A stretch of 43,693 nt of DNA from a virus (IMGVR_UViG_2698536506_000010), one strand, 5' to 3'; numbered from the stretch's first letter, positions 7,937 through 17,078 are shown. Program-made: numbers and translations. The notes: generated from the letters alone by a model not told the origin.

Positions 7937-8614
7937 TTATGGGATGTTTAGTATTTTGGCATCAACCACAACGCCGATGATTTTGCAGTTTCCATTAATT
8001 TCTAGCATTGGATATGCGGGGTTAAGGGGCTTTAGGAAGCGTCTGCCGGCATCGATTACAAGCTTCTTAAAGGTCGCTTCGTTATCGCCTTCTAGCTTCG
8101 CGACAACCAGCTTTCCGTTGCGCGGCTCGACTTCAGGATCAACAAGTATCGCTGCTCCCTCGGGTATGCTCAGTCCAGCCGGGGAGGTCATAGAATCCCC
8201 TTTAACGTCCAGCCAGAATGAATCTTCTGAGCAGTCAACAGTCGTGTCATACCAGCGATCTATCGCTCTTCGGTGATAAGGTTCTACAGCTTCCATCCAT
8301 TGCCCCGCGCTTACCCAGCTGATTACAGGATAACTTCCTTTTGTCTCGTTCAGTCCTCGAAATGCAACGTTCGAAGGTTCTTCACTGGCGTGTAAAACAT
8401 CCATCCAGCCAAAAGGCAGATCAAGCGCAGTTTCAATTTTGCGAGCCATCTTATCGCCGATATTGCGATGAGGGTTTGGTCCCAGTAGCTGGCTAAGCGC
8501 AGCCGGACTTGTCTCGATGAGCTCGGCAAACTGCGCTTTGGTCATTCCAGACTCGTGCTGACGCTTCTCGTACAGCGCTTCCAGGTTGGCTTTTCTGATT
8601 TCTTTATTTTCCAT
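7937..8614 (-). CDS. cI: CI-like prophage repressor (N-terminal HTH, C-terminal S24/LexA-like peptidase domain) (226 aa)
   Basis: HTH region (MTKAQFAELIETSPAALSQLLG) plus S24-type C-terminus (GDSMTSP...GKLVVAKLEG); divergent from the cro-like gene with operators between; start placed at internal ATG 8614 to leave the operator region non-coding. Confidence 0.8.
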   Translation of the reverse strand: MENKEIRKANLEALYEKRQHESGMTKAQFAELIETSPAALSQLLGPNPHRNIGDKMARKIETALDLPFGWMDVLHASEEPSNVAFRGLNETKGSYPVISWVSAGQWMEAVEPYHRRAIDRWYDTTVDCSEDSFWLDVKGDSMTSPAGLSIPEGAAILVDPEVEPRNGKLVVAKLEGDNEATFKKLVIDAGRRFLKPLNPAYPMLEINGNCKIIGVVVDAKILNIP

Positions 8615-8631
8615 ACCTGCATTGTTACTGC

Positions 8632-8699
8632 TTTTAGCAAAATGATAAATGTGCAAATTGCTAAATGATGCTTGCGTAGTATTTAGCATAACGCTAAAC
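8632..8699. promoter_or_regulatory. OR operator cluster with divergent pRM and pR
   Basis: TTTTAGCaaaatGATAAAT (8632-8650), a GCTAAAT half-site (8660-8666), ATTTAGCataacGCTAAAC (8681-8699); candidate pR TTGCGT-N17-TAAACT reading toward cro. Confidence 0.6.
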
Positions 8700-8730
8700 T
8701 CCAAATCAAACGACTCACCCGGAGACACCA

Positions 8731-8964
8731 ATGAGAACTGAACTACACCGCTGGCGCAAGGCCGCCACTACCGACGAATGGGCGCAGCTCGCAAAGTTGG
8801 CTAACACGACGCCAGGTTACCTGGACCAGATCGCCTACGGAAATCGCCGGGCATTTCCAGAAATGGCATCTGCTATCGAGAAAGGCACGAAGAATTTTCA
8901 CCGCCAGGCTCCGGTCCTAAAAGAAAGCCTGGTATTCGCATCGCCGCGTGATACTGCGGCCTAA
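8731..8964 (+). CDS. cro: Cro-like HTH regulator (YdaS-family resemblance) (77 aa)
   Basis: First rightward gene after OR, GGAG RBS; motif AKLANTTPGYLDQIAYGNRR...PEMASAIEKGTKN resembles YdaS/Cro-type HTH proteins. Confidence 0.65.
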   Translation: MRTELHRWRKAATTDEWAQLAKLANTTPGYLDQIAYGNRRAFPEMASAIEKGTKNFHRQAPVLKESLVFASPRDTAA

Positions 8965-8981
8965 CCACGAAAGGGAAAGCA

Positions 8982-9527
8982 ATGCATTCACTTGCGTATC
9001 AACAAGGTAACAAATTTTCGCCAACGGCGATGATTTACCAGAATCGCCGGGAGCCTGATTCCGCGGCGTTAAACATCGATGGGATCCGCGCTGCTGTTCG
9101 CGCCTGGGCAGCTGATTGCCGAAGCCGTGAATTTGTCGCCGCGCTGATCGTGGAAGAGTGGCGGGCGTCCGGCGGAACCGGTCTAGATATCCCGACTGAC
9201 TCGCACCGCCAGATGCAGAAAGTGTTTCGATGGATTGATGGCGATACCGAATACGCCGCCAACAACATTCGCCAGCTGGCCCCGGCAATCATGTCGGTCC
9301 TGCCGCTGGAGTACCGAAACCGTCTGGCGCCGCAGAACGACACGATGTCGCTGATCGCCTCTGCGATGAAAGAGTGTGCCGAGGCTAAACAGGCCGTGCT
9401 GCTGGACGCTCCAGAGCATCAGAAGCTCAAAGAGGTAAGCGAGGGTATAGCGTCGCTGTTCCGCCTCATGCCGGAGCAGGTAGGACCGCTGATGACGATG
9501 GTTACATCGATGCTGGGGGTTATATGA
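8982..9527 (+). CDS. YdaT-family protein in the cII position (181 aa)
   Basis: Pattern WRASGGTGLDIP...QKVFRWIDGDTEYAANNIRQLAPAIMSVLPLEYRNRL matches recalled E. coli YdaT; immediately follows the YdaS-like gene. Confidence 0.55.
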   Translation: MHSLAYQQGNKFSPTAMIYQNRREPDSAALNIDGIRAAVRAWAADCRSREFVAALIVEEWRASGGTGLDIPTDSHRQMQKVFRWIDGDTEYAANNIRQLAPAIMSVLPLEYRNRLAPQNDTMSLIASAMKECAEAKQAVLLDAPEHQKLKEVSEGIASLFRLMPEQVGPLMTMVTSMLGVI

Positions 9528-9612
9528 GAGGCACAAGAAAAGAAAAAGCCCTTGAAGCGGTAACTTCAAAGGCCCTTATCACACTGTGTTACGGCAAGTA
9601 ACGGGAGTAAGT

Positions 9613-10521
9613 ATGTCAAACACCGCTGAAATAATCAATTTCCCAAATAAAACCGAACAACCGGGAGGTCGTATGGCCGACCTGTCGAACGGGTATACCA
9701 AGGTCGCTAACGAGATCCAACAGCTTAAGCCTCGCCTGAGACTGTCAGGCCGGGAATGGCAATGTTTTGAGGCGGTGATCTGGCTTACCTACGGCTGGAA
9801 CAAGAAACAGGACCGCGTGACAAATACGGTTATTGCCGAGCTTACGGGCCTGAGCGATACGCATGTATCGGACGCGCTTAAGTCTCTCGCAGAACGCAAA
9901 ATCATCTTTTCACAGAAGCAGGGCATGATGAAAATCGTCGGTGTAAACACTGACCTTTCAGCATGGATTTTAGACAAACCGGAAACGGGAAGAAAATTCC
10001 CGAAAACGGGAAAATCCTTCCCAAAATCAGGAATAACCTTCCCGAAAACGGTAGACACCCAATACAAGAACAAGAACAGTATTAAAAGATCTTCGTCCGA
10101 GAATTCTGACGAATCCTCTGACGCACGTCTGAAGAAATTTTTATCAACTCATCCTGAAGCTGCGGTCTACACACCATCCGGTGCGAAGTGGGGCTCTGCT
10201 GAAGACCTCGAGACAGCTAAGTGGATTTCCTCCAGGGTGAAGCTGATTAACCCAACCTGCAAAGCCCCGGACATGACCTCCTGGTCTAACACTGTTCGCC
10301 TGATGCGCCAGATAGACAACCGGTCGCACCAGGACATCTGCGCGCTGTATGACTGGGCTAGCAAACACCACTTCTGGCAGACCAACATCCTGAGTCCCGA
10401 AAGCCTGCGTAAGCAGTGGGACAAGCTGACAATGCAGCGTAACGCCGGAGGTGAGCAGCGCGCTGTCAAGCCAGATCTGGACTTCAACAACACTGACTGG
10501 GCCTATGGGGTGATCCGATGA
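9613..10521 (+). CDS. O: Replication initiator O-like protein (replisome organizer)
   Basis: Position directly upstream of and overlapping P; internal iteron repeats encoding FPKTGKSFPKSGITFPKT as in lambda O; GGGAG RBS. Confidence 0.7.
   Translation: MSNTAEIINFPNKTEQPGGRMADLSNGYTKVANEIQQLKPRLRLSGREWQCFEAVIWLTYGWNKKQDRVTNTVIAELTGLSDTHVSDALKSLAERKIIFSQKQGMMKIVGVNTDLSAWILDKPETGRKFPKTGKSFPKSGITFPKTVDTQYKNKNSIKRSSSENSDESSDARLKKFLSTHPEAAVYTPSGAKWGSAEDLETAKWISSRVKLINPTCKAPDMTSWSNTVRLMRQIDNRSHQDICALYDWASKHHFWQTNILSPESLRKQWDKLTMQRNAGGEQRAVKPDLDFNNTDWAYGVIR
9979..10051. repeat. Candidate replication origin iterons inside the O gene
   Basis: Four direct repeats of the type (T)TCCCGAAAACGG (9979-9990, 9998-10010, 10016-10031, 10037-10051) followed by an A-rich stretch. 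Confidence 0.45.
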
Positions 10522-11207
10522 AATCTCTTGCAGAGCAGATGCGTAACCACGACCGCGAGCAGATGAGCCGCATGGCCCATAACCTGCCAGAGCAGTACCA
10601 GGAGTGCGCGCCGGTCGAGCAGGTGGCGCAGGTATTCAACAAGCTGTTCAACGAGCTGCGCGCCGCGTTCCCGGCCAGCATGGCGAACTTCCGCACCCAG
10701 GAAGACCTGAACGAATTCCGCCGTCAGTGGCTGCTGGCGTTTCAGGAGAACGGGATCCACACCATGGCTCAGGTCGATGCCGGCATGCGCATTGCCCGCC
10801 GCCAGGAGCGCCCATTCCTGCCGTCGCCGGGCCAGTTCGTCGCCTGGTGCAAGCAGAGCGGCGGCGCGCTGGGCGTCAACGTTGACCAGGTGATCGCCGA
10901 ATACTGGGACTGGCGTAACCGCTCGTTCGAATTCATCTCCAGCGAGCAATTTCCATGGTCGCAGCCGGTCATGTACCACATTTGCGTAGAATTGCGCCAC
11001 CGCAGCACCGAGCGCCAGTTAACGCATGGTGAACTGGCACGCGAGGCAGGCGATCTGCTGGACATGTGGGAAAGGCGCGTCACCGAGGGTAAGCCAGTGC
11101 CGCCGGTACGCCGGGCTATTGCCGCACCAGCTGCCGAGCAAGGGCCGACGCCGATCCAGCTGCTGCTGGCCAAGTACAACCGCAACAAGTCGAACGGGAT
11201 GGTGTGA
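10518..11207 (+). CDS. P: Replication protein P (helicase loader)
   Basis: Strong similarity to lambda P (MKSLAEQMRNHDREQM..., PASMANF..., RPFLPSPGQFVAWC); start overlaps the O stop. Confidence 0.9.
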   Translation: MKSLAEQMRNHDREQMSRMAHNLPEQYQECAPVEQVAQVFNKLFNELRAAFPASMANFRTQEDLNEFRRQWLLAFQENGIHTMAQVDAGMRIARRQERPFLPSPGQFVAWCKQSGGALGVNVDQVIAEYWDWRNRSFEFISSEQFPWSQPVMYHICVELRHRSTERQLTHGELAREAGDLLDMWERRVTEGKPVPPVRRAIAAPAAEQGPTPIQLLLAKYNRNKSNGMV

Positions 11208-11208
11208 C

Positions 11209-11553
11209 ATGAACATAACAATCCGTGAGCAGGTGCTGGCAGCCCTGCGCAACAACCCAGGGTTGAACAACGCCAAACTGGCAGGGCTTATCGGCATGGA
11301 CACCAAAAAGATATCCGGAACGGTGAGCACGCTGCTGGCAGACGGCCTGATCCGCTGCGAAGGAAAATACGGCCAGCGCCTTTACAGCCTGACCAGCTAC
11401 GGAATGCGCTTCGCCCCTGACACGATACCTGGCATGAAGCAGGGTAAGTCGAAGTTAATTCAGCGGACGGACACAAACGTGATCTGCCAGGAGTGCCGCA
11501 ACAGCGCGGCGATGAGAAGGGTATTGATGGTTTGGGGGAGGGTAGGGGTATGA
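11209..11553 (+). CDS. Hypothetical protein, possible winged-helix DNA-binding (114 aa)
   Basis: ATG 1 nt after the P stop; REQVLAALRNNPGLNNAKLAGLIG resembles a winged-helix regulator. Confidence 0.45.
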   Translation: MNITIREQVLAALRNNPGLNNAKLAGLIGMDTKKISGTVSTLLADGLIRCEGKYGQRLYSLTSYGMRFAPDTIPGMKQGKSKLIQRTDTNVICQECRNSAAMRRVLMVWGRVGV

Positions 11554-11747
11554 AAATCGAAGATATCAAAAACGTTGCGGTGTTCTTCAATATGAACGGC
11601 AAGACAGTAGCGTTACGAATGGATGCTGAGCAGAAGCGGATCGTCGCATTAATGGCGCTTAACACGGCTGATGCTCGGGCAGAACTGATTGAAGTGCCGC
11701 ACATGACTTTACCAGCAGACCCAGCCATGGAGGAGGCCGCCCAATGA
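11550..11747 (+). CDS. Hypothetical small protein (65 aa)
   Basis: ATGA overlap with the upstream gene; internal ATG chosen over the track start. Confidence 0.4.
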   Translation: MKIEDIKNVAVFFNMNGKTVALRMDAEQKRIVALMALNTADARAELIEVPHMTLPADPAMEEAAQ

Positions 11748-12118
11748 GCAACATCGACAAACGTGGATTACGGGAAGCAGCGGAGAAGGCGACGAAAGGC
11801 CGGTGGGCTGTTGAGTTCGACGATGAGATTTACTCCACTGACGGCGTGAACCATGAGCAAATAGCCATGGTATTCAGTGAAAACGAAGCGCGTGATGCTG
11901 CATTTATCGCCGCAGCCAACCCCGCCACCGTGCTGGCGCTGCTGGATGAGCTGGAATCCAAAGACAGGCGCAACGCTGAGCTGGAGGCGAAACTCCAAGC
12001 CACTGACAAATTGCATGATAGCGCGTTCCGTCATGGTCTCCAGCATGGTTTTAGTTACGGTCAGACAGATGATCAAGCAGGATTTGAGAAAGCCATCCAA
12101 GCGTATGGGCAGCAGTGA
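11744..12118 (+). CDS. Ead/Ea22-like phage protein (124 aa)
   Basis: Motifs KGRWAVEFDDE... and ARDAAFIAAANPATVLALLDELE typical of Ead/Ea22-like proteins; GGAGGAGG RBS. Confidence 0.5.
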   Translation: MSNIDKRGLREAAEKATKGRWAVEFDDEIYSTDGVNHEQIAMVFSENEARDAAFIAAANPATVLALLDELESKDRRNAELEAKLQATDKLHDSAFRHGLQHGFSYGQTDDQAGFEKAIQAYGQQ

Positions 12119-12132
12119 AAAGGAGAGTGAGT

Positions 12133-12309
12133 ATGAAATACGAAATCCCGGAATCAGAAGATATTGAATGGCAGCAGGCTATGCTCCGTGAAATAGACAG
12201 CGCCCTTGACGTCTTGCGTGATGAGCATGAGCACGCAGTGGTGGTAGAAGAAATCATCAATGATATCACCGCGAGAATAGCATCACTCCGCGCGTACTCT
12301 GGATACTGA
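12133..12309 (+). CDS. Hypothetical small acidic protein (58 aa)
   Basis: AGGAGA RBS before ATG at 12133. Confidence 0.4.
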   Translation: MKYEIPESEDIEWQQAMLREIDSALDVLRDEHEHAVVVEEIINDITARIASLRAYSGY

Positions 12310-12319
12310 GGACTAACCC

Positions 12320-12988
12320 ATGAGCACCTTCACCAAAGAGCAGTTAATCGAAAAGCTTCAGCACAGAATTTCTGTCGCATCAAGATTTCCGGAGTCAGAA
12401 AAAGCGCAAATGGATCTTGAACTGGCGCGTATCGCTCTGGCATCGCTCGAAGCGGATGGTACCCTCGCCAATGAGGGCACCATAACAGCCACACAGTTTA
12501 AGCCGGTAGCAGACCTGTACGGCTTAACCTCACCAACTGGCAGCGAAACATCATTCACTTTCGACGCTGTTGAAGCTCGTGATTTCATTGATGGCGGTTG
12601 GTCATGCCAGGAGTACGTGGAGCTTGAACGCTTTCAGGAAGCGATAACCAACCATACCGGTGACTCCAACAATATGGTTGAACCTGTAACGACGGCTTAC
12701 AAATTGCCAGATGATTTTATTTGCATGCTTACTGGTAGAGCTAAATATCTTCGAGAAAAAGGAGAGATCAAATCACCTGAGCTTTTGGAGCGAGCCGCTG
12801 CCGCGCTTCAGGGGGAAAGCGTTAATACCTCCTCCATTCCTAATGGATGGAAACTCGTTCCGATTGACCCAACAAAAGATATGTTGCGTGCGGGGCAATC
12901 GGTGGTTGGGTTCTGGCTGAATACAGTGCATTGCTACTCGAAAATGCTCGCCGCTGCACCAGCAGCACCGCGGCAGGAGGTGAAGTGA
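12320..12988 (+). CDS. Hypothetical phage protein (222 aa)
   Basis: Long ORF with coding-like composition in the early-right operon; no family recognised. Confidence 0.5.
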   Translation: MSTFTKEQLIEKLQHRISVASRFPESEKAQMDLELARIALASLEADGTLANEGTITATQFKPVADLYGLTSPTGSETSFTFDAVEARDFIDGGWSCQEYVELERFQEAITNHTGDSNNMVEPVTTAYKLPDDFICMLTGRAKYLREKGEIKSPELLERAAAALQGESVNTSSIPNGWKLVPIDPTKDMLRAGQSVVGFWLNTVHCYSKMLAAAPAAPRQEVK

Positions 12989-13026
12989 CGAACAAGATGA
13001 CGAGAGTTACCATAGATATAAATCAA

Positions 13027-13047
13027 GGCCCTTAGGGGCCTTTTATT
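13027..13047 (+). terminator. Rho-independent terminator
   Basis: GGCCC-tta-GGGCC hairpin followed by TTTTATT. Confidence 0.45.
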
Positions 13048-13081
13048 CTATGATAAACGGACTTTGTTTGAGAGTGACGCC

Positions 13082-13408
13082 ATGAAGCCCAAGAAGCTAA
13101 ATGCTGAGCAGCAATACAAATTAGACCTTGAATTGGTCAAGAAGAAGCCTGCGAACCGGACCGAGGCAAAAGCCCATTTGGCCGCACAGTTACGGATCAG
13201 CAAGTACAAGACGCAGACCTCTTCCAAAATCCGCGTAGGCAGTTTTAAGGGGCGGAAGAAGGTACATTTCAGTAAGGCGGAACAAGCAGCCAGGGCAGCA
13301 CTAAATAAAGCAAATGCCATTAGATTTTCCGAAGGGGAGGTCGAGTCCGTCGATACGGATAGAATCTCAGAAAGTAACAAACGCTGGCGCGGGAGAACTG
13401 CTGACTAA
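13082..13408 (+). CDS. Hypothetical basic protein (108 aa)
   Basis: Lys/Arg-rich ORF; internal ATG with GAGAG RBS. Confidence 0.4.
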   Translation: MKPKKLNAEQQYKLDLELVKKKPANRTEAKAHLAAQLRISKYKTQTSSKIRVGSFKGRKKVHFSKAEQAARAALNKANAIRFSEGEVESVDTDRISESNKRWRGRTAD

Positions 13409-13662
13409 TGTCTGACTGGAATATTGCTGCAAAGCCGCAGGAAGAACGCGACAAGGTTAATGTTGACCTGGCAGCCTCCGGCGTGGCCTACAAAGAGCGC
13501 CTGAATATGCCGGTTATCGCCGAGCAGGTAGCTCGTGAGCAACCAGAGCATCTACGAGAGTATTTCATGGATCGCGTGCGGCACTATCGCGAGCAGAGCG
13601 TTGCATTGCCTAAGGCATCTGATCCTCGCTACATTGAAATGACTGAGCAAAATGCAAAATAA
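13408..13662 (+). CDS. Hypothetical protein (84 aa)
   Basis: ATG overlaps the upstream stop. Confidence 0.4.
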   Translation: MSDWNIAAKPQEERDKVNVDLAASGVAYKERLNMPVIAEQVAREQPEHLREYFMDRVRHYREQSVALPKASDPRYIEMTEQNAK

Positions 13663-13678
13663 ATTTCAGGAGATTCAA

Positions 13679-13939
13679 ATGGAAAATAGCATGAGCATCA
13701 CAACGATTCTTGAAAGAGAAAGGGAGCTTGATGATCTTGTTAAGGTGTGCCTCGATGAGCTTGAGGTGATTGACATCCATGGACAGGTTTACTCAATTCC
13801 TCTTTCCCACCTAACGAACGCAGAGCAGGTGGTACATTGGGTCTGGAAGATTGCTGAGAGAGGTGATTTCGCCATGGATGTTGTTCGTAAATTTACTGAA
13901 GTTGCGTCCCATCATGTGGGGTTTGACGCTAAAAAATAA
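13679..13939 (+). CDS. Hypothetical protein (86 aa)
   Basis: AGGAG RBS before the internal ATG at 13679. Confidence 0.4.
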   Translation: MENSMSITTILERERELDDLVKVCLDELEVIDIHGQVYSIPLSHLTNAEQVVHWVWKIAERGDFAMDVVRKFTEVASHHVGFDAKK

Positions 13940-13989
13940 ATCGCCAAGGACCGATTTAATAGCTATACACATGTTTTACATTCCGCTCG

Positions 13990-14018
13990 CATCTTAACCA
14001 AATCTTTCTTGGTATAAT
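13990..14018 (+). promoter_or_regulatory. Candidate sigma-70 promoter with extended -10 (TGgTATAAT)
   Basis: TATAAT at about 14013-14018 preceded by TG; weak -35; about 40 nt upstream of the 14058 ORF. Confidence 0.4.
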
Positions 14019-14057
14019 GATTTTTTACAGGCGAATGACGTGTGAGGTCCGGGATTT

Positions 14058-14255
14058 ATGACTTGTGAAGTATGTAACAAACAACCCCTTGGACGAAGGG
14101 ACCCGCCTCTTCCATGCATGGTCTTGCAAGGCGATAAATCCGTTAACTTCAGCCATCACGGACGCGAAGCAAACGAGCGTTATTACAAATGCTCGGAATG
14201 CGGTCATGAGTGGATGAGAGAGACAGGAAATTGCGGCGAAGGCTGGATTCCTTAA
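14058..14255 (+). CDS. Small zinc-ribbon protein (65 aa)
   Basis: CEVCN...C...CSECGH cysteine pairs; own candidate promoter upstream. Confidence 0.45.
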   Translation: MTCEVCNKQPLGRRDPPLPCMVLQGDKSVNFSHHGREANERYYKCSECGHEWMRETGNCGEGWIP

Positions 14256-14458
14256 CTATATATTGTCGCTATTCGCAAATTGATTTTCTCAAATCATCCC
14301 GCCATAATTAAGTCGCAGTCGGCCTGAACACCCGATTGTGACTTCTGCGCATTTAAGGGGACTTAAATGCGACCACAATCTGAAATCCTCACCTTGTCAC
14401 AGATGCAGAAATGCACCTGCGATTTTCTGCATTCTGCGGTTTCCGTTAAGGAGGCCGT

Positions 14459-14914
14459 ATGACTCTTCCAGTAGACGGCATCAAGCTCCATCGCGGCAAC
14501 TTCGCAGCCATCGGTCAGCAGATTCAGCCCTTGCTTGATGCCGGGCAATGCTTTCGCCTTCAGGTTAAGCCGTGGCGCGAGAAGCGCAGCCTGTCGCAGA
14601 ACGCTCTCAGCCACATGTGGTACACGGAAATCAGCGAATGCCTCATCACCCGCGGCAAGACCTTCGCTACGCCTGAATGGGTCAAAGACGCGATGAAGCA
14701 CACCTATCTCGGCTACGAAAGCAAGGACAGGGTAGACGTCGTGTCCGGAGAGGTAACCACGGTCCAATCCCTCCGCCATACGTCAGAGCTGGAAACCGGC
14801 GAGATGTACATCTTCCTGTGCAAAGTCGAAGCCTGGGCGATGAATATTGGATGCCACCTGACCATTCCGCAGAGCTGCGAGTACCAGCAGCTGCGCGATA
14901 AGCAGGAGGCCTGA
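14459..14914 (+). CDS. ninB: NinB-like recombination protein
   Basis: Core KPWREKRSLSQNALSHMWYTEISECL resembles lambda NinB (ERNRSLDQNRKLWACLGDVS); nin-region position. Confidence 0.65.
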   Translation: MTLPVDGIKLHRGNFAAIGQQIQPLLDAGQCFRLQVKPWREKRSLSQNALSHMWYTEISECLITRGKTFATPEWVKDAMKHTYLGYESKDRVDVVSGEVTTVQSLRHTSELETGEMYIFLCKVEAWAMNIGCHLTIPQSCEYQQLRDKQEA

Positions 14915-15084
14915 TGTCTACTCCACTTTCCCGCGTCATCACCAACGAAATCTTCCGCGTTCCGGCGCGCCGCAAGCGTAAGCCAGCGGTTAAGCCGTCC
15001 GACATCCCGACTTTCAAGGACTACACCGCCCGCCTGGTCGATCAGAAATGGCTGCGTCTCGCAGCGAGGAGAAAATCCGCATGA
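14914..15084 (+). CDS. ninE: NinE-like small protein (56 aa), not in the ORF track
   Basis: Read from sequence: [56 protein letters not shown], resembling NinE; overlaps the ninB stop and the phosphatase start. Confidence 0.5.
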   Translation: MSTPLSRVITNEIFRVPARRKRKPAVKPSDIPTFKDYTARLVDQKWLRLAARRKSA

Positions 15085-15749
15085 GCATGTATCAACGCAT
15101 TAATGGCGCTGACTGGCGCAATATCTTCGTTGTGGGCGATCTGCATGGGTGCTACACGCTGCTGATGAGTGAGCTCGAAAAAGCTTCGTTCGACCCGGCG
15201 CGTGATTTGCTGATCTCGGTTGGAGACCTTGTTGACCGCGGCGCGGAAAACGTCGAGTGCCTGGAGCTGATTACTATGCCGTGGTTCCGGGCTGTGCGAG
15301 GAAACCATGAGCAGATGATGATTGATGGGCTATCGGAGTATGGGAACGTCAATCACTGGTTGGCAAATGGTGGCGGCTGGTTCTTCAATCTCGACTATGA
15401 CAAAGAAGTGCTGGCTAAGGCTCTGGTTCACAAAGCAGCTGAGCTGCCACTCGTCATCGAGCTGGTTACCGCTGAGCGTAAAATCGTTATCTGCCACGCT
15501 GACTACCCGCATAACGAATATGCGTTCGATAAGCCCATCCCGAAAGATATGGTCATCTGGAATCGTGAGAGGGTTAGCGACGCACAGGACGGCATAGTAT
15601 CGACGATAGCCGGTGCTGATCTGTTTATCTTCGGCCACACCCCAGCGCGCCAGCCCCTGAAGTATGCCAACCAGATGTACATCGACACCGGCGCCGTGTT
15701 CTGCGGAAACCTCACGCTGGTAAAGGTGCAAGGCGGTGAACATGCGTAA
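15081..15749 (+). CDS. Lambda-type Ser/Thr protein phosphatase (metallophosphoesterase, NinI-like)
   Basis: Near-identical blocks to lambda PPase ([84 protein letters not shown]). Confidence 0.9.
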   Translation: MSMYQRINGADWRNIFVVGDLHGCYTLLMSELEKASFDPARDLLISVGDLVDRGAENVECLELITMPWFRAVRGNHEQMMIDGLSEYGNVNHWLANGGGWFFNLDYDKEVLAKALVHKAAELPLVIELVTAERKIVICHADYPHNEYAFDKPIPKDMVIWNRERVSDAQDGIVSTIAGADLFIFGHTPARQPLKYANQMYIDTGAVFCGNLTLVKVQGGEHA

Positions 15750-16383
15750 ACCATCCCGCCGTAAGTGCAAAGTATGCGGGGAATACTTCGTGCCGAAATT
15801 CCACGATATCCGGATCCGCTGGTGCAGCCCGGAGCACGGCGCAATCCTCGCGATGGAAGAACGTCAAAAGGAGAAGGTGAAAGCCGCTGCTAAGCGCATT
15901 AAGGAGCAGAAGGAGGCAGAGAAGGCCGGGCGCAAACGCCGCAAGGAGAGGCTGGCAGAGCTACGCCCAGCAGGTTACTACAAAGCGCAGGCTCAGCAGG
16001 CATTCAACGCCTACATCCGTGCGCGCGATGCTGATTTGCCATGCATCAGCTGCGGAGAGACCAACCCGCCAGATCTGCATGGCGGCCAATGGGACTGCGG
16101 CCACTTCAAAACGGTCGGCGCTAACCCTGAACTGCGCTTTGAAGAGCGCAATGCCCATAAGCAGTGCAAATCCTGTAATGCCGGAGCGGGCAAATATACC
16201 GCCAAAGAGGCGACGGTAGCGCAGCAATACGAAGCTGGTCTGGTCGCTCGTTACGGGCAGGAGTACGTGGACTGGCTCAACGGCCCCCACGAAATGACCA
16301 ACTACCGCCGTGAAGACTTCATTCGGATCCGCGATGAATACCGCGCCAAGCTCAAAGCACTGAAACAGTGGGAGGCCGCATGA
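15742..16383 (+). CDS. ninG: NinG (Rap)-like recombination-associated protein
   Basis: Matches lambda NinG along its length ([11 protein letters not shown], QWDxGH, NERNxHKQCxxCN). Confidence 0.85.
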   Translation: MRKPSRRKCKVCGEYFVPKFHDIRIRWCSPEHGAILAMEERQKEKVKAAAKRIKEQKEAEKAGRKRRKERLAELRPAGYYKAQAQQAFNAYIRARDADLPCISCGETNPPDLHGGQWDCGHFKTVGANPELRFEERNAHKQCKSCNAGAGKYTAKEATVAQQYEAGLVARYGQEYVDWLNGPHEMTNYRREDFIRIRDEYRAKLKALKQWEAA

Positions 16384-16496
16384 ACCAAGCCGATTTCCTC
16401 CGTTACCAGGCAGAAAGCGTTAAGCGCGCCAGCATGCCGCCAGTAGCAAAGCACAGCCAGACCAAAACCAACCAGCCTCAGAAGGAAGCCGCATAA
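16380..16496 (+). CDS. Hypothetical small ORF (38 aa) between ninG and Q
   Basis: ATG overlaps the ninG stop and its stop overlaps the Q start; no similarity recognised. Confidence 0.25.
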   Translation: MNQADFLRYQAESVKRASMPPVAKHSQTKTNQPQKEAA

Positions 16497-16996
16497 TGAA
16501 ACTGGAATTAACCAACGACCAGCATCAATGGGTAGACCAGTGGCTCCAGTTGTGGGGCGCATGGTGCCAGACCGGCAAGATTGATAAAGCGATGATCAAC
16601 ATGATTGCCAGATTCATGGCTACCGTCGAGCCCCAGCAAGCATCACGACCGGTATGTAGTGATGATGACGGGATGCTCATTGATGCTGTCATTCGTCACT
16701 ATCTGAAGAATGTGGATGAAAATGCCTGGCGGGTTGTCTTCGCCTACTACGTTTGTAACTCCAGCGAGATCCGAATTGCATCATGGCAGCATGCAGTAAG
16801 TAAGCCTCGCCTGATGAAGACGCGTGGCGGAAATCAGTATAAACACCCAAGCATCTCGACAATCCGTAGAGAGGTGAAGCAAATCATCAATGCCTCACTG
16901 TTCTGTTTGTACCAACCGCTGCAAAATGCGTTTAACAATCGCGAAAATGTGAGGAAAATTGCAAAAAATCCTCATAACGCGCTTGCTTTTCAATGA
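16496..16996 (+). CDS. Q: Putative late-gene antiterminator Q (166 aa)
   Basis: Last gene before the terminator cluster and the lysis cassette; GAAGGAAG RBS; family assignment mostly positional. Confidence 0.5.
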   Translation: MKLELTNDQHQWVDQWLQLWGAWCQTGKIDKAMINMIARFMATVEPQQASRPVCSDDDGMLIDAVIRHYLKNVDENAWRVVFAYYVCNSSEIRIASWQHAVSKPRLMKTRGGNQYKHPSISTIRREVKQIINASLFCLYQPLQNAFNNRENVRKIAKNPHNALAFQ

Positions 16997-17048
16997 ACAA
17001 ATGAGCAGAATAAATCGTATATGTTGCCGTTGTTGTGTGTGACATGAA

Positions 17049-17078
17049 TGAATGCCAAGCCTCGCCATCGTGCGGGGC
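17049..17078 (+). terminator. Rho-independent terminator (first of a tandem pair downstream of Q)
   Basis: Imperfect 8-bp stem (AGCCTCGC/GCGGGGCT) followed by TTTTTATTT. Confidence 0.45.

Noticed and set aside
8615-8731. Longer repressor start (track ORF start at 8731, 264 aa)
   Set aside because: The extension would read through the whole OR operator and promoter region and share position 8731 with the divergent cro-like gene; the internal ATG at 8614 gives a normal-sized repressor with a non-coding operator region.
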